Source: Squalus acanthias (lineage: Eukaryota). From it: a stretch of 64,000 nucleotides of DNA. Numbering within the stretch: position 1 is the stretch's first letter; every line of letters begins with the position of its first letter. The DNA lies in NCBI GenBank assembly GCA_030390025.1, contig CM059432.1:132186001-132250000 (forward strand). The letters run 5' to 3'. Shown here piece after piece: positions 36,267 to 47,612 of this stretch. Position numbers and translations under genes: made by a program. The notes beneath the pieces are model-generated. The model had not been told where the DNA came from and did no database searches. It worked only from the letters and a program-made list of their open reading frames with translations.

Positions 36267-38680
36267 GAACATAAGAACATAAGAAATAGGAGCAGGAGTA
36301 GGCCATTCAGCCCTTCGAGCCTGCTCCGCCATTCAATAAGATCATGGCTGATCTTCTACCTCAACTCCATTTTCCTGCACTATCCCAATATCCCTTGATT
36401 CCCTTAATATCCAAAAATCTATTGATCTCTGCCTTGAATATACTCAACGACTGAGCCTCCACAGTCCCTCTGGGGTAGAGAATTCCAAAGATTCACCACC
36501 CTCTGAGTGAAAACATTTCTCCTCATCCCAGTCCTAAATGGCCGACCCCTTATTCTGAGACTGTGACCCCTGGTTCTAGACTCCCCAGCCAAGGGAAACA
36601 TCCTCCCTGCATCTACCCTGTCAAGCCCTGTAAGAATTTTGTATGTTTCAATGAGATCACCTCTCATTCTTCTAAACTCTAGAGAGTATAGGCCTAGTCC
36701 ACTCAATCTCTCCTCATAGGACAATCCCCCCATCCCAGGAACCAGTCTGGTGAACCTTCGTTGCACTCCCTCTATGGCAAGTATATCCTTCCTTAGATAA
36801 GGAGACCAAAACTGTACACAATACTCCAGGTGTGGTCTCACCAGGGCCCTATATAATTGCAGTAAGTCGTCTTTACTCTTATACTCAAATCCTCTTGTAA
36901 TAAACATTTGCTTTCCTAATTGCTTGCTGTACCTGCATGTTAAATTTCAGCGATTCGTGTACAAGGACACCCAGGTCCCTCTGAACACCAACATTTCCCA
37001 ATCTCTCACCATTTAAAAAATACTCTGCTTTTCTATTTTTCCTACCAAAGTGGATAACTTCACATTTCTCCACATTATATTCCATTTGCCATGTTCTTGC
37101 CCACTCGCTTAACCTGCCTATATCCTCTTGAAGCCTCCTTGCATCCTCCTCACAACTTACATTCCCACCTAGCTTTGTATCATCAGAAGACTTGGATATA
37201 TCCAAATCATTGATATAGATTGTAAATAGCTGAGGCCCAAGCACTGATCCTTGTCGTACCCCAATAGTTACAGCCCGCCAACCCGAAAATGACCCGTTTA
37301 TTCCTACTCTCTGTTTTCTGTCCATTAACCAATCCTCAATCCATGCGAGTATATTACCCCCAATCCCATGAGCCCTAATTTTGTTTAATAACCTCTGTGT
37401 GGCACCTTTTAGAATGCCTTCTGAAATTCCAAATACACCACATCCACTGGTTCCTCCTTATCTATTCTGCTAGTTACAACCTCAAAAAACTCTAACAGAT
37501 TTGTCAAACACGATTTCCCTTTCATAAATCCATGTTGACTCTGCTCAATCCGATTATTACATCCTAAGTGTCCTGTTACCACATCCTTAATAATAGATTC
37601 TAGCAGGTCAACTGGTCTATAATTCCCCATTTTCTCTCTCCCTCCTTTCTTAAATGGTGGGGTTACATTTGCTACCTTCCAATCCGCGGGAACTGTTCCA
37701 GAATCTATGGAATTTTGGAAAATGACAACCAATGCATCCACCATCTCCATAGCCACCTCTTTTAAAACCCTAGGATGTAGGCCATCAGGTCCAGGGGATT
37801 TATTGACTTTCAGTCCCATTAATTTCTCCAGTATTATTTCCTTACTAATGCTAATTTCTTTCAGTTCCTCATTCTCACTAGACCCTTGGTTCTCCACTAT
37901 TTCCGGAATGTTTTTTGCATCTTCTTCCGTGAAGACAGACACAAAATATTTGTTTAATTTCGCTGCCATTGCCTTATTCCCCATTATAATTTCTCCTGCC
38001 TCAGTCTATAAGAGACCCATGTTTACTTTCGCTAATCTTTTCCGTTTTACATACAATAGCAGCTTTTACAGTCTGTTTTTATGTTTCCCACTAGTTTACT
38101 CTCATATTCTATTTTCTGTTTCTTTATCAATTTCTTGGTCCTCCTTTGCTGAATTCTAAAATTCTCCTAATCCTCAGGCTTACTATTCTTTTTGGCAACA
38201 TTATAGGCATCTTCTTTTAATCTAATACTATCTTTAATTTAATTTCACTTGTTAGCCACGGGTGTTTTTATTCCTTAAGGGAATGTATATTTGTTGCGAA
38301 TTATGAATTATTTCTTTAACTGTTTGCCATTGCTTTTCTACTGTCATATCTTTTAATCTAGTTTCCCAACCTACCTTAGCCAACTCGCCTCTCATACCTA
38401 CGTAGTTTGCTTTGTTCAGATTTAGGACCCTAGTTTCAGACTTGACTAAATCACTCTCAAACGCAACATAGAATTCTATCATATTATGATCACTGCTCCC
38501 CAGAGGCTCCTTTTCTACAAGGTTATTAATCAACCCTGTCTCATTGCACAATACTAGATCTAAAATAACCAATTACCTAGTAGGTTCCTTGACATACTGA
38601 TCTAGAAAACTATCTTGAATGCCTTCCATGAACTCTTCCTCTGCACTATTACTGGTTTGCCCAGTCTATATGAAAGTTAA
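36267..38680 (-). mobile_element. CR1 LINE, about 2.4 kb (endonuclease C-terminus, RT, 3' tail), frameshifted
   Basis: ORFs 38252-38572 (LDLVLCN...GSSDHNMIEF), 37409-37984, 36885-37325 and 36419-36907; CATAAGAA tail repeats. Confidence 0.93.
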
Positions 38681-40124
38681 AGGGCTTGATTTTAATAGCC
38701 CTGAGAGGGCGGGTTTGGCGGCGGGTGGGCAGCGAAAATCGGAAAAAATGGCTTCAGACTGCCAACCCGCCTCCATCCCACCCCCCAGATTTTCGTGAGT
38801 GTCAGGTCAGCCGCTCCCGAACTGACCCGACTGGAACCGGTGGGACAGGTAGGTAAGGCTGTTAAGAGCCTGTTAACTGCCTTGCTAATCCTATTTTGAT
38901 AGTGGTTTCCCATTTTCGTGCCTCTGGCTCCTGTTTCCCGTCTTGTCAGAAACAGGCCAGCTGCAAGGAGACGAGTTGCTGGAGGACATGATTTGTAGTC
39001 ATTGTTGCAGCACTTTAAAAGTGCTCCTGTAACATGGCTGACATTCAAATGCAACAACTTTGTTGTTGGAGGTTTGGGATAAGATTTTGCAACTCTACTG
39101 ACCTTGTCACTGGTCAAGCTGACAGTCATCTGCAGTGTGACCTGATTGGAATAATTTCAGGCCACTTCGACTGTATGCTTGCAAGCTTCTTACCTCAACT
39201 GAAATCTATAGCAACAGTATGGGGACCATTTACATCCCCTCATCCTGGTCATCAGATTCGGAGGAAGAGCAGCTGCGGCAGCACCACAACCAGCCACAAC
39301 AGCAGCACCAGGACCAGGAGCGCCAACCTCCTCCTCACCCACCTGATGATGCACAGGGCAGAGGGCCTCAGCGCAGGGCAGTACCTCCCTGCAGGAGATA
39401 CCCCCAACACAGGGTTTACAGGCAGAGGATCAGCTTCCTCAGCATGACTGAGCAGCAGTGCCAAAGGAGGCTGAGACTTTCAAGAGAGGTAGTCGCTGAC
39501 ATCTGCACAATGCTGAACCAACAACTGGAGCCCAGAGGAGCGGGTGGACACTCCTTACCAGTGGCTGTCAAAGTCACCACCGCACTCAACTTCTTTGCTT
39601 CGGGCTCCTTCCAGGGATCAGCTGCAGACATCAGCGGCATCTCCCAGTCGGCCGCACGAACTTGCATGACGCAGGTCACCGATGCCCTCTTTGCAAAAGC
39701 GCACAATTACATCCACTTCTCCACGATGGCCCAAGTGTGACGGCGTGCGTGGTTGGCTTTGCCAATATGGCAGGCTTGCCAATGGTGCAGGGCATCATAG
39801 ACTGCACACATGTAGCCATTAGTGCCCCCTAGTACAACCCAGCTGTATTTGTCAACCGCAAGGGATTCCACTCCTTGAACGTCCAGCTGGTGTGTAACCA
39901 CAGGAAGATCATCATGCATGTTTGCGCAAATTACCCTGGCAGCTGTCATGACTCCTTCACCTGCGCCAGTCTACTGTGCCTCAGCTCTTCCATCCGCCAA
40001 CCCAACATCCAACATTCCAGATGGCTTCTTGGCGACAAGGGCTATCCCCTGAAAAAGTGGCATATGATACCGATGGCCATCAAATGATGCTGAGGAGCGG
40101 TACAATATGAGTCACATATCCACC

Positions 40125-41184
40125 TGAAAGGATTCGCAAAATTTCATGTGTTCCCCCCCACCCCCAAAGATTTTATTGGACTTATTAAAAGGAACCCTGG
40201 TCAGACTGAGTTTTAAAATCCAGGGCATAACAAAATGGCTGCGGTCAGACCTCGTGACCAAGAGCCTGGCAGTTTCATTTCAGACTCTGGCAAGCTATCA
40301 GCTTGTGTATTCTGATGTCTGCAGCAGGAAGTTCACGAAACCAGACAGGACCTTTCCTTATGCATTGGGGACAAACCCAATTACAATCAGGTCTACGCAT
40401 AAGGCTTTCAAGGTGTTTGCTCAAATAATCAGCGGGGACATTGAGACTGGGCTGGCCCCCATCAACGAACCTGTCGGACAAAAGGGAGCAGTTGGAGAAC
40501 TGGCATGATACAATTACCGGCCATCTAACATGATGGGCCAAGATCGGAACCTTTTGTTAAAATTCATTATGCCCAGATCAGACAATAGAAATGAGCTGAT
40601 CTGGCAGGAGATTACGACGACCGGAAGGGTATAACTAGGAAGACCCAGCCACTCTCTCTCTCTCTCTCTGCCTCGGTCCCGGTTTACCCTGTCTGTCTGC
40701 TAGCAGCCAAGAAGGAAGACCATCCAGAAACTTCGTAGCCACGTTTTCGATGGCAGAGACAGGGTACAGGGCCAGGTTTTTCCATCCATTTCACCGGTAA
40801 GCATTATCTTCTTCTGGCTGTCGCAAGACAATTTTAGTTAGGCGTAAGGGTGGGAATTAATGGGGATATTGCTAAAATTGTAATTTTAGGATTTTCGCTC
40901 GATGTGTCCGTTCTCCTCCCTGTTAAGTGTAAAACCGTACTGCATAGTGATTTTGTTTTCTTCATATAATACTGTTTCTCTGTAGTTTTACTTCTGTAAA
41001 TAAACATTGGTTTTCCTTGCACCAATCCATGGGTCTGTTCGTTTGTCCTTATCGCCGCTCGATAAGTCCTGGGCTCAGAACTAGGAAGGGGATAGCGATT
41101 CGCAACCATACAGCGGGCAGAACAGCCCAGGAAAACATAACTGGCTGACCTACAAATAAGCCCCTGAGACAAAAACCCCTTACA
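40125..41184 (+). repeat. 5' long terminal repeat (1060 bp)
   Basis: Ends TGAAAGG...CCTTACA; TATAA near 40630; AATAAA at 40999-41004; PBS follows 4 nt downstream. Confidence 0.82.
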
Positions 41185-41188
41185 GAAA

Positions 41189-41206
41189 TGGCGAGCCAGG
41201 TAGGAG
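41189..41206 (+). promoter_or_regulatory. Primer-binding site complementary to tRNA-Arg(ACG)
   Basis: TGGCGAGCCAGGTAGGAG versus TGGCGAGCCAGCCAGGAG expected from the vertebrate tRNA-Arg(ACG) 3' end (16/18; reference sequence recalled, not searched). Confidence 0.75.
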
Positions 41207-41259
41207 CCCAGGCGAAAGCGTGTGATAAGGCAGACCGTGGTGCGGAGGAGGAATCCGCA

Positions 41260-41931
41260 ATGGAGGAAAGCTAATCTACCTATGTGTGCGGCAAGGTTAA
41301 TATCACAAAAAAATGGGTGTGCGATATGTTAAAAGCCGAGCGCCCCCTAGATGCAGCTGCCCAGTGGACAGCAAGTAAAGAGTACAGGAGAGGTATTGAA
41401 AAGGCGGTCTGGCTCATGTGTTTGAAAAAGCAGGTTTTAGTGTTAGACCGTGCTGTTGCAACACGGGCAGCCAAGATCAAGCAGTTGACCCGAGAGCTGC
41501 AGGAAAAGACTGCAGCGGAGGAGAAAGTAGTAGTGGCCCTCCAGGCAGTAAGCCAAGAGAGGGCACAGACGGCAAGGGACCATCAGGCAGAGTTAGAGCG
41601 CCTGAGGGCCTGGGCCGCTGAAGCTCAAAGGGAACACCAGGCAAAGTCAGAGCGCCTGGAAGACTGGGCTACTGAAGTTCAGCAGGAACATCAGGCGAAA
41701 GTAGAGCGCCTGGAATACCAGATCGCTGAGCTCAAAAGTAGCGCTAGGCACAGGATGGAACACCTGGAATACCAGGTCAGAGCGGCGAGAGGTAGTGAGG
41801 TTAGGTTAATGGACAAGATTTCCAGCCTCACGCAAGAATTGAAAGAGCAGGAGGAGAAAGTAGGCGAGGTAAAAGCAGCATATAAGCTGGCTTGTGCCCA
41901 GGGGTTTGAAGACGCTGACCACGGCCCCTGA
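41260..41931 (+). pseudogene. Gag-like N-terminal coiled-coil ORF, truncated
   Basis: ATG at 41260 is in frame with ORF 41284-41931 but followed by TAA at 41272; E/Q/A/R-rich helical sequence; position directly after the PBS. Confidence 0.65.
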
Positions 41932-42504
41932 GACAAAAACCCCTTACACACCAGAAGCATCATTGAGCAAACCATTGGATTGCTCTAAATGCGCTTCCGA
42001 TGCCTAGACAGATCTGGAGGAGCCTTGCAGTATGCACCAGCCAGGGTGTCCAGAATCGTCGTGGTCTGCTGTGCCCTGCACAACATCGCACAGCAGCGTG
42101 GCTTAGTGCTGCCTGAGGAACAAGTGGCTCAGCGCAGAGCATCCTCGGAGGAAGAGGAAGAGGACGAGGAGGAGGATGAGGACGAGGACAGGTAGCGACA
42201 TCTTGCGGGTCCGCATGTGGCCAATCCAGCAGCAGGTGACCACATTGCTGGCCGTCAGGCAAGGGATGCACTCATCCATGTCAGATTCGCGTAAGGTTAC
42301 GCTTCAACCACAGGTGGCTGGCACATGGAGATGAATATAAGTCCGAAATTCTCAAAACCCCAGGTATCATCTGTCCAATAAACGGTGGTTTGCGCTCAGT
42401 GTCACCACCAACATTCTACATGGAATTCTCCCTGGGCCCTCACTCTTGAACTTCCATTTCCCAGAACACAGAGGCCACACTTTAAGTGTCAACCCAAGCG
42501 GCCT

Positions 42505-42607
42505 AAAGCAAAATACTGCGGATGCTAGAAATCTGAAATAAAAACAGAAAATGCTGGAAATACTCAGCAGATCAGGCAGCATCTGTGGAGAGAGAAACAA
42601 AGTTAAT
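42505..42607 (-). mobile_element. Penelope family-A repeat fragment, continuing at 43400-43410
   Basis: AGCAAAATACTGCGGATGCT...GAGAGAAACAAAGTTAAT then, after the MITE, GTTTCAGG. Confidence 0.7.
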
Positions 42608-43399
42608 GGCCGGAACTTTCCCATAAAAAAACAGGTGGGTTTGGAGCGTGGGGGCAGTTAAATTGTTAAAAATGTGAATCCCGACCTGATCCCGCCTCCA
42701 ACCCGCCCACTTCCGGTTTTGCCAGAGGCGAGAGCGGGGGGGGGGGGGGGGGGGGGTGGGCGGATGGGGGAGGGGGGGGGGACAGGTGACCAACCTGCTC
42801 CCAGTGGGCGTTACCTCAATTTAAATATTGTAATGAGGCTGGAAGCCTCTTTTACCTTCCTCCATTTTGGATTTAACTAACTGTGAACGGGTTTCACACA
42901 ATTTGTGAAACCCGGCAGTTAAACAGAGGCGGGGATTGCTGCATCCAGGAGGTAAGTGGCTTTATACCTAGCTCCTGGATCCGGGTCCCTGCCTAACCCA
43001 CCCCCGCAATCGGAGACCCCACCACGAGGCCTCTGATTCCCCCCGTGAGCCCTGATCCCCCCCCGCCCCGTGATCCCTGAACCACCCGCTGTGATCGGCG
43101 ACCCCAACTCCTGATTGCTGACACCCCCCCCACCGATTGCCGACCCCCTCCTGATTGCCAACCCCCTCCCACCGCGATCCCTCCCCCGGACCGACCCCTC
43201 ACAACTGAGGCCTATCCGCCCGCAGCCAGCCAGCCTCTCAAACTGATTGGTTGCGGGCGGGAAACTGCGTCCTCACATTCAAATTAGGCCCTGCCAGTAA
43301 AGTCGGCAGGGCCTGAGGGTAACCCGCCCTCCCGGGTTTCCCACCCGCCTTGGAGGCAACCCCGCTCCCAACCCGCCCTCCCCGAAGAAAATTCCGGCC
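42608..43399. mobile_element. Harbinger-type MITE
   Basis: TIR GGCCGGAACTTTC / GAAAATTCCGGCC; AAT TSD; related in opposite orientation to about 55777-57058. Confidence 0.85.
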
Positions 43400-43410
43400 A
43401 ATGTTTCAGG

Positions 43411-43730
43411 ACTGCAGACTGGGAGATGCGGCTGATGTCCCCTGTAGCAGACTGCAAGGAGTCATGGGCAAAGAAGTTAAATGCTGTGGTGGCTTTGACA
43501 ACCAATGGAAAAGCATGGCCCCCTGGTCCAGCAGCCAGCATGTGGTTGCAGGAGGCTGCAGAGGTCTCCAACAGCCTGCCTGGCAAAGTGCAACCTCCTA
43601 AGCTACTGCTCCTCAGACAGATCCAAGAAAGAAACTCTTGGCCTGTACACTTTGAGACCCCACCCCCCCACAACTGATGTCTTCTAATAGGCCCAGCTGT
43701 TGCTCCTCTTCCTCCAACTGTTCTTCCATC
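43411..43730 (-). pseudogene. Old Harbinger transposase fragment
   Basis: GPGGHAFPLVVKATTAFNFFAHDSLQSATGDISRISQSAV in ORF 43284-43733. Confidence 0.75.
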
Positions 43731-43818
43731 CAAATAAAAGTGGCAATAATAGCCTCCATAACAAGCAGATAAAGATTACTGGGGGTAAGTTAAGGCAAAA
43801 AAAAATCAGAAAGATACG

Positions 43819-44581
43819 GGCCTAGAAATTCGGGTGGCCGGCTTGCCGCGGGGGTAAGGATCGCGCGCGCTCTTACCTACCGCGCCTGCCGTTGTGTTTC
43901 GGGCCCACAGGAACTTCGGGTCCTGGGCCTCTCCCTGGTGCCGGCGCGCAGTGCTTGCATGTCCCAGGGCGCAGTTAGTGCGATGCGACTCCTGGGATCA
44001 CGTGGGCCATGGAGAGCCAATGGCAGCAGACCATCTTTCATTCATAGATTTGACAGGAGACCTGTCAAATCTATGAATACAAATCGCCCCCAAAAGAACA
44101 GCTAAACCTCAAATAATTTTTTTTAAAAACCATCACATTAATAAAATAACTATAGTTAAATAAATTAACCACTTTAAACAAAAATTAAAATTTTTGAAAA
44201 AATTGTAATTCTTTTTAAAAGTTATAAAAATAAACTTACCTTTCTTTAAAGTCTCTAAAAAAGATAAACCTGTTGAAAAAAATTTAAAATTATACTTAAT
44301 TAACTACTTACCTTGTTCAAAAGGGGTCTTACACCTCCTTTTTACTTGTGTAGAATCTTCAATACTTACCCTCGCGTTGAAACCTGAAAAAAAACCTAAG
44401 TGTGCTGCGTGCGCGCAGCCTCTAGCGCGCACGCGGTTCACTTAGGAACCGCCCCCTTCGCCATACCGGAAGTGCCGGTTTCCCGCGCATGCGCAGTGCA
44501 TGCAGGAAATCGGCACTTCGGGAACGAATACGGGTGAGTACACAGTGCGTACTCACCCGTTCTCGGCCGAATTTTTGGGCC
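43819..44581. mobile_element. Harbinger-type MITE with AT-rich core
   Basis: TIR GGCCTAGAAATTCGG / CCGAATTTTTGGGCC; ACG TSD (43816-43818 / 44582-44584). Confidence 0.85.
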
Positions 44582-45432
44582 ACGATTTGGAAGCTGGAAA
44601 CTCTCCTGGCAATCCAGATGGCACACGGGTCACTATGATCCAATTACCCGCAGGATCCGTTTGTACCTTTAAATACTGCTGCAGTCGCTCAGAGAGACCA
44701 ATCTCGCTAAGTTTTACTGGCAGGTTGGGCAATGGGTGAGAATTCTGCGCTACTGGGTTAAAATGGCGTCTGGGTCCCAATTGCGTCATAGGAGCCTGAT
44801 TTACATGCATTCGTGAGGCCCCCCCCACTCACCTCTGGCGGGCGCTTTGGCTGACTCAGAAAAGTGCGCGACTTTGATGCCGGCCTACGGGAATGCAGCA
44901 GTAAGTATTCTACTGCTAGTGTAACTGCTCGCCCCATTCCCATCAGACATGGTTAAAATTGGGCCTAGAATGTATTTTGAAATGGGTACAGAATAATCAG
45001 TGCTAAAGTGGTTAAACAACAGTGGTTGAAAAGGCAAAATTTGCAGCACTATGGGGAAAGAGCAGGGGAGTGGGACTAATTGAAGAGCTCTTTCAAAAAG
45101 CCGGCACAGGCATGATGGGCCGAATGGCTTCCTACTGTGCTGTACAATTCTGAGGGCTGGATTTTGATACTGGGGCGGGTTGGGGTCGTGTTATCCGCTT
45201 TTCGTGTTGCCCACCTGAATCTAGATCGATGTGGATGAATGATGCGATTTTAACTTAATTGGCCAATTGAGTTCCAACGTGTGGGAACCCATGGCCAATG
45301 AGTTATTCCAGTCTGAAAGTCGCCTCCGATGACGTCATCATTGCTGCTGCATTTAAGGTCTGCAACAAGCCTTGCTTCTTCTGCAGGCTGCCAAGCTTTT
45401 GGACCTGCATCCTAGAGGCAACTGCAGGAGGA

Positions 45433-47355
45433 ATGGCCAGCCAACGACCCAGGTCTGCTCCCAGGTTCGATGACATTGCCCTGCAAGCTTTGGTGGATGG
45501 AGCAAGATCCAACAGAGAGGTGCTCTTCCCCTCCTCAGGGAGGAAGAAGCCTTCCCAGCAGACCAAGGCTGTGTGGGTCCAGGTCGCCCAGGAGGTCAAC
45601 TCCTTATCCATCACCCGCAGAACCTGGCTCCAGTGCAGGAAGAGGTTTCATGACCTTCTACGCACTGCAAAAGTGAGTATGACTTTCCCTTCATCCTCAA
45701 TCTGATCCCCATTGCCTCTCCTCACCAGCACTCAGCTTTAGCAACCTCTTCCTCCATATCCCACTTGACACTGACATCCATGCACCCTTACCCATTCCCT
45801 CTCCCTCTATGGTCACATTCACCTTACTATTCGACTATGCAGCCCTCACACTCCCTATCGCTGTCATGCTATGAAAACAACTTACAACACACAGGGAGGG
45901 CCCTTGGTCTTGCCACCTCACTCCATCTTTGTCTCCTTCTAAGCATCTATGCTATGGATTCTCTACACTCACTCCTTTAATCTCACTCAAACTCCACTTG
46001 TCTCCCTCATTGCAGGAAAAGAGAGCTCACAATAAAAGGGAAAGAACCAGGACAGCAGGAGGGCCACCTTCATTAGCCCAGCTCATCCCCTGGGAGGATG
46101 CGGTCCTGGAGATCGTGGGAGTAGAGGAGGATACGCAAGTGGGGGACGGACAGACGGGTGCATCACAGCAAGCTGGTGACAGAATAGCGTTCCATCTCTC
46201 TTATTGACATTGCATGAGTCACTGATAATGAATCTGAAGCTCTAACAGATGGATTTATGATCATCTGCAATATGCAATGTGCATGTAACCTTGGCATAAC
46301 ATCTCTGACTCTTTCCTTTACTCCCCCACAGGACTATCGCAAGCACCCGTCCCCACTAGCCAGGAGGAAGAGCCTGAGCATCCAGACTCCTCAGAGGAAG
46401 CTGCAACCTCTGAGGGCGCAGTGTCAGCACAATTCAGCCAACCCAGCACCAGCGCAGAGACTCACACCTCGGTGGGACCCTCGGGACATAGAGTAGTGTT
46501 GTCACCTGGTGTATCACAGCTCACAAGTGAGCATCAGCAGATGGTGGAGACAGGGACAGCAGTAAAGAGTCCTAGTCGGAGGGCGCAGGACTCTCCTAGC
46601 TCGGCTCAGCTGCATGTCGACCCTCTGCCTCTGGGACCATCCATAAGATCAGCGGTGCTGGAACTCCAGGAACAGATGCAGGAGTCTCTGACAGGTTTTG
46701 TCTCCAGGGTCACTGCGAGTGTGGAGCGAATGGAGGAGTCCATTGCGAACATGAGCAGAGCCTTTGTGGAGTCATTGGCGCATGAACGCATCACCATGGA
46801 AAGGATGGCAACCTCCATGGAGGTGATAAGTCGTCAGAGTGCAGAAAACATGGTGAGTGTTCTGAATAGAATGACATCTCTGGAGGAGCGATGGACATCT
46901 ATTGAACAGAGAAACCAGACCTTCATGGAAGTCCTTCTGAGTAGGACTGCCAGTGCAGATACAGGTCCCCATGGCCCCCCTGATGTGCAGCAAGGTGCTC
47001 TCAATCCACTTGCAAGCGCTGAGGTGGACCTGACCCAGAGAGAGATGTTGGTGGCAGACAACAAGGAGGTGGGGGCTCCTCTCCAAGCGCTCACACTTCC
47101 ATGCCACTGACAAGTCCTCGGTCAGAGCCCCACCAGAGTCCGCACCCAACTGAGATCGGCGTCTCAACCCCTGCCCAGCCACAGGAGCAGCAGACTGTTG
47201 CCGAGCCCTCGCAGGTTCGCAACCCCAGAGGACGCCCACCAAAGGTGTAGAGACAGGAGCAGCCACAAACTGAGCAGGGGGCCTCCACCTCTGCTGAAGC
47301 CACAGGGGAAGCACCACGTAGGAGCACGTGTAAGAGAAAGATACTGCACAAATAG
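45433..47355 (+). pseudogene. Harbinger Myb/SANT-like DNA-binding protein gene, 3 exons (45433-45672, 46016-46175, 46332 onward)
   Basis: MASQRPRSAPRFDDIALQALV...AVWVQVAQEVNS...RTWLQCRKRFHDL; GT-AG introns in phase; open to stop at 47110; probable original C-terminus (RGRPPK, PRRSTCKRK*) lies in other frames up to 47355; AATAAA at 47423. Confidence 0.85.
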
Positions 47356-47612
47356 TCACAAGGGTAGTCACTTGGGTGAAATTTAATGTTTAATGTAAAA
47401 AAGCCATCAGGTGTTAAGTGTAAATAAAAACTCTGATGGCTACAGCTGCAGTTGTGGCGTCTGTCATTTCGCTAATGGGACTTCCACAATGAGGCCTTAG
47501 GATAACTTGCAATTGTCAGTATGGTGGTCAAATTGTTAGGGATCCGCTGGGTCTGGGCCATTGTCGTAGCTCTGGTAAGAAGCTGCGAGGCAAAAGTGCT
47601 TGCTTGTCTAGG

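Larger units (their letters stand above)
40125..41948 (+). mobile_element. Internally deleted LTR retroelement (probably Gypsy/Ty3 type; ERV not excluded)
   Basis: 4-bp TSD CACC (40121-40124 / 41949-41952); 5' LTR TG...CA at 40125-41184; PBS; gag-like ORF; only the last 25 bp of the 3' LTR remain (41924-41948, identical to 41160-41184). Confidence 0.88.
39219..42294 (+). pseudogene. Harbinger DDE transposase pseudogene (split at 40124 / 41949)
   Basis: [82 protein letters not shown]...CCALHN; stops and frameshifts. Confidence 0.9.
38682..42300 (+). mobile_element. PIF/Harbinger transposon copy (transposase half), interrupted by an LTR element
   Basis: Left TIR GGGCTTGATTTT at 38682; HARBI1-like transposase pieces; right end not found. 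Confidence 0.85.
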
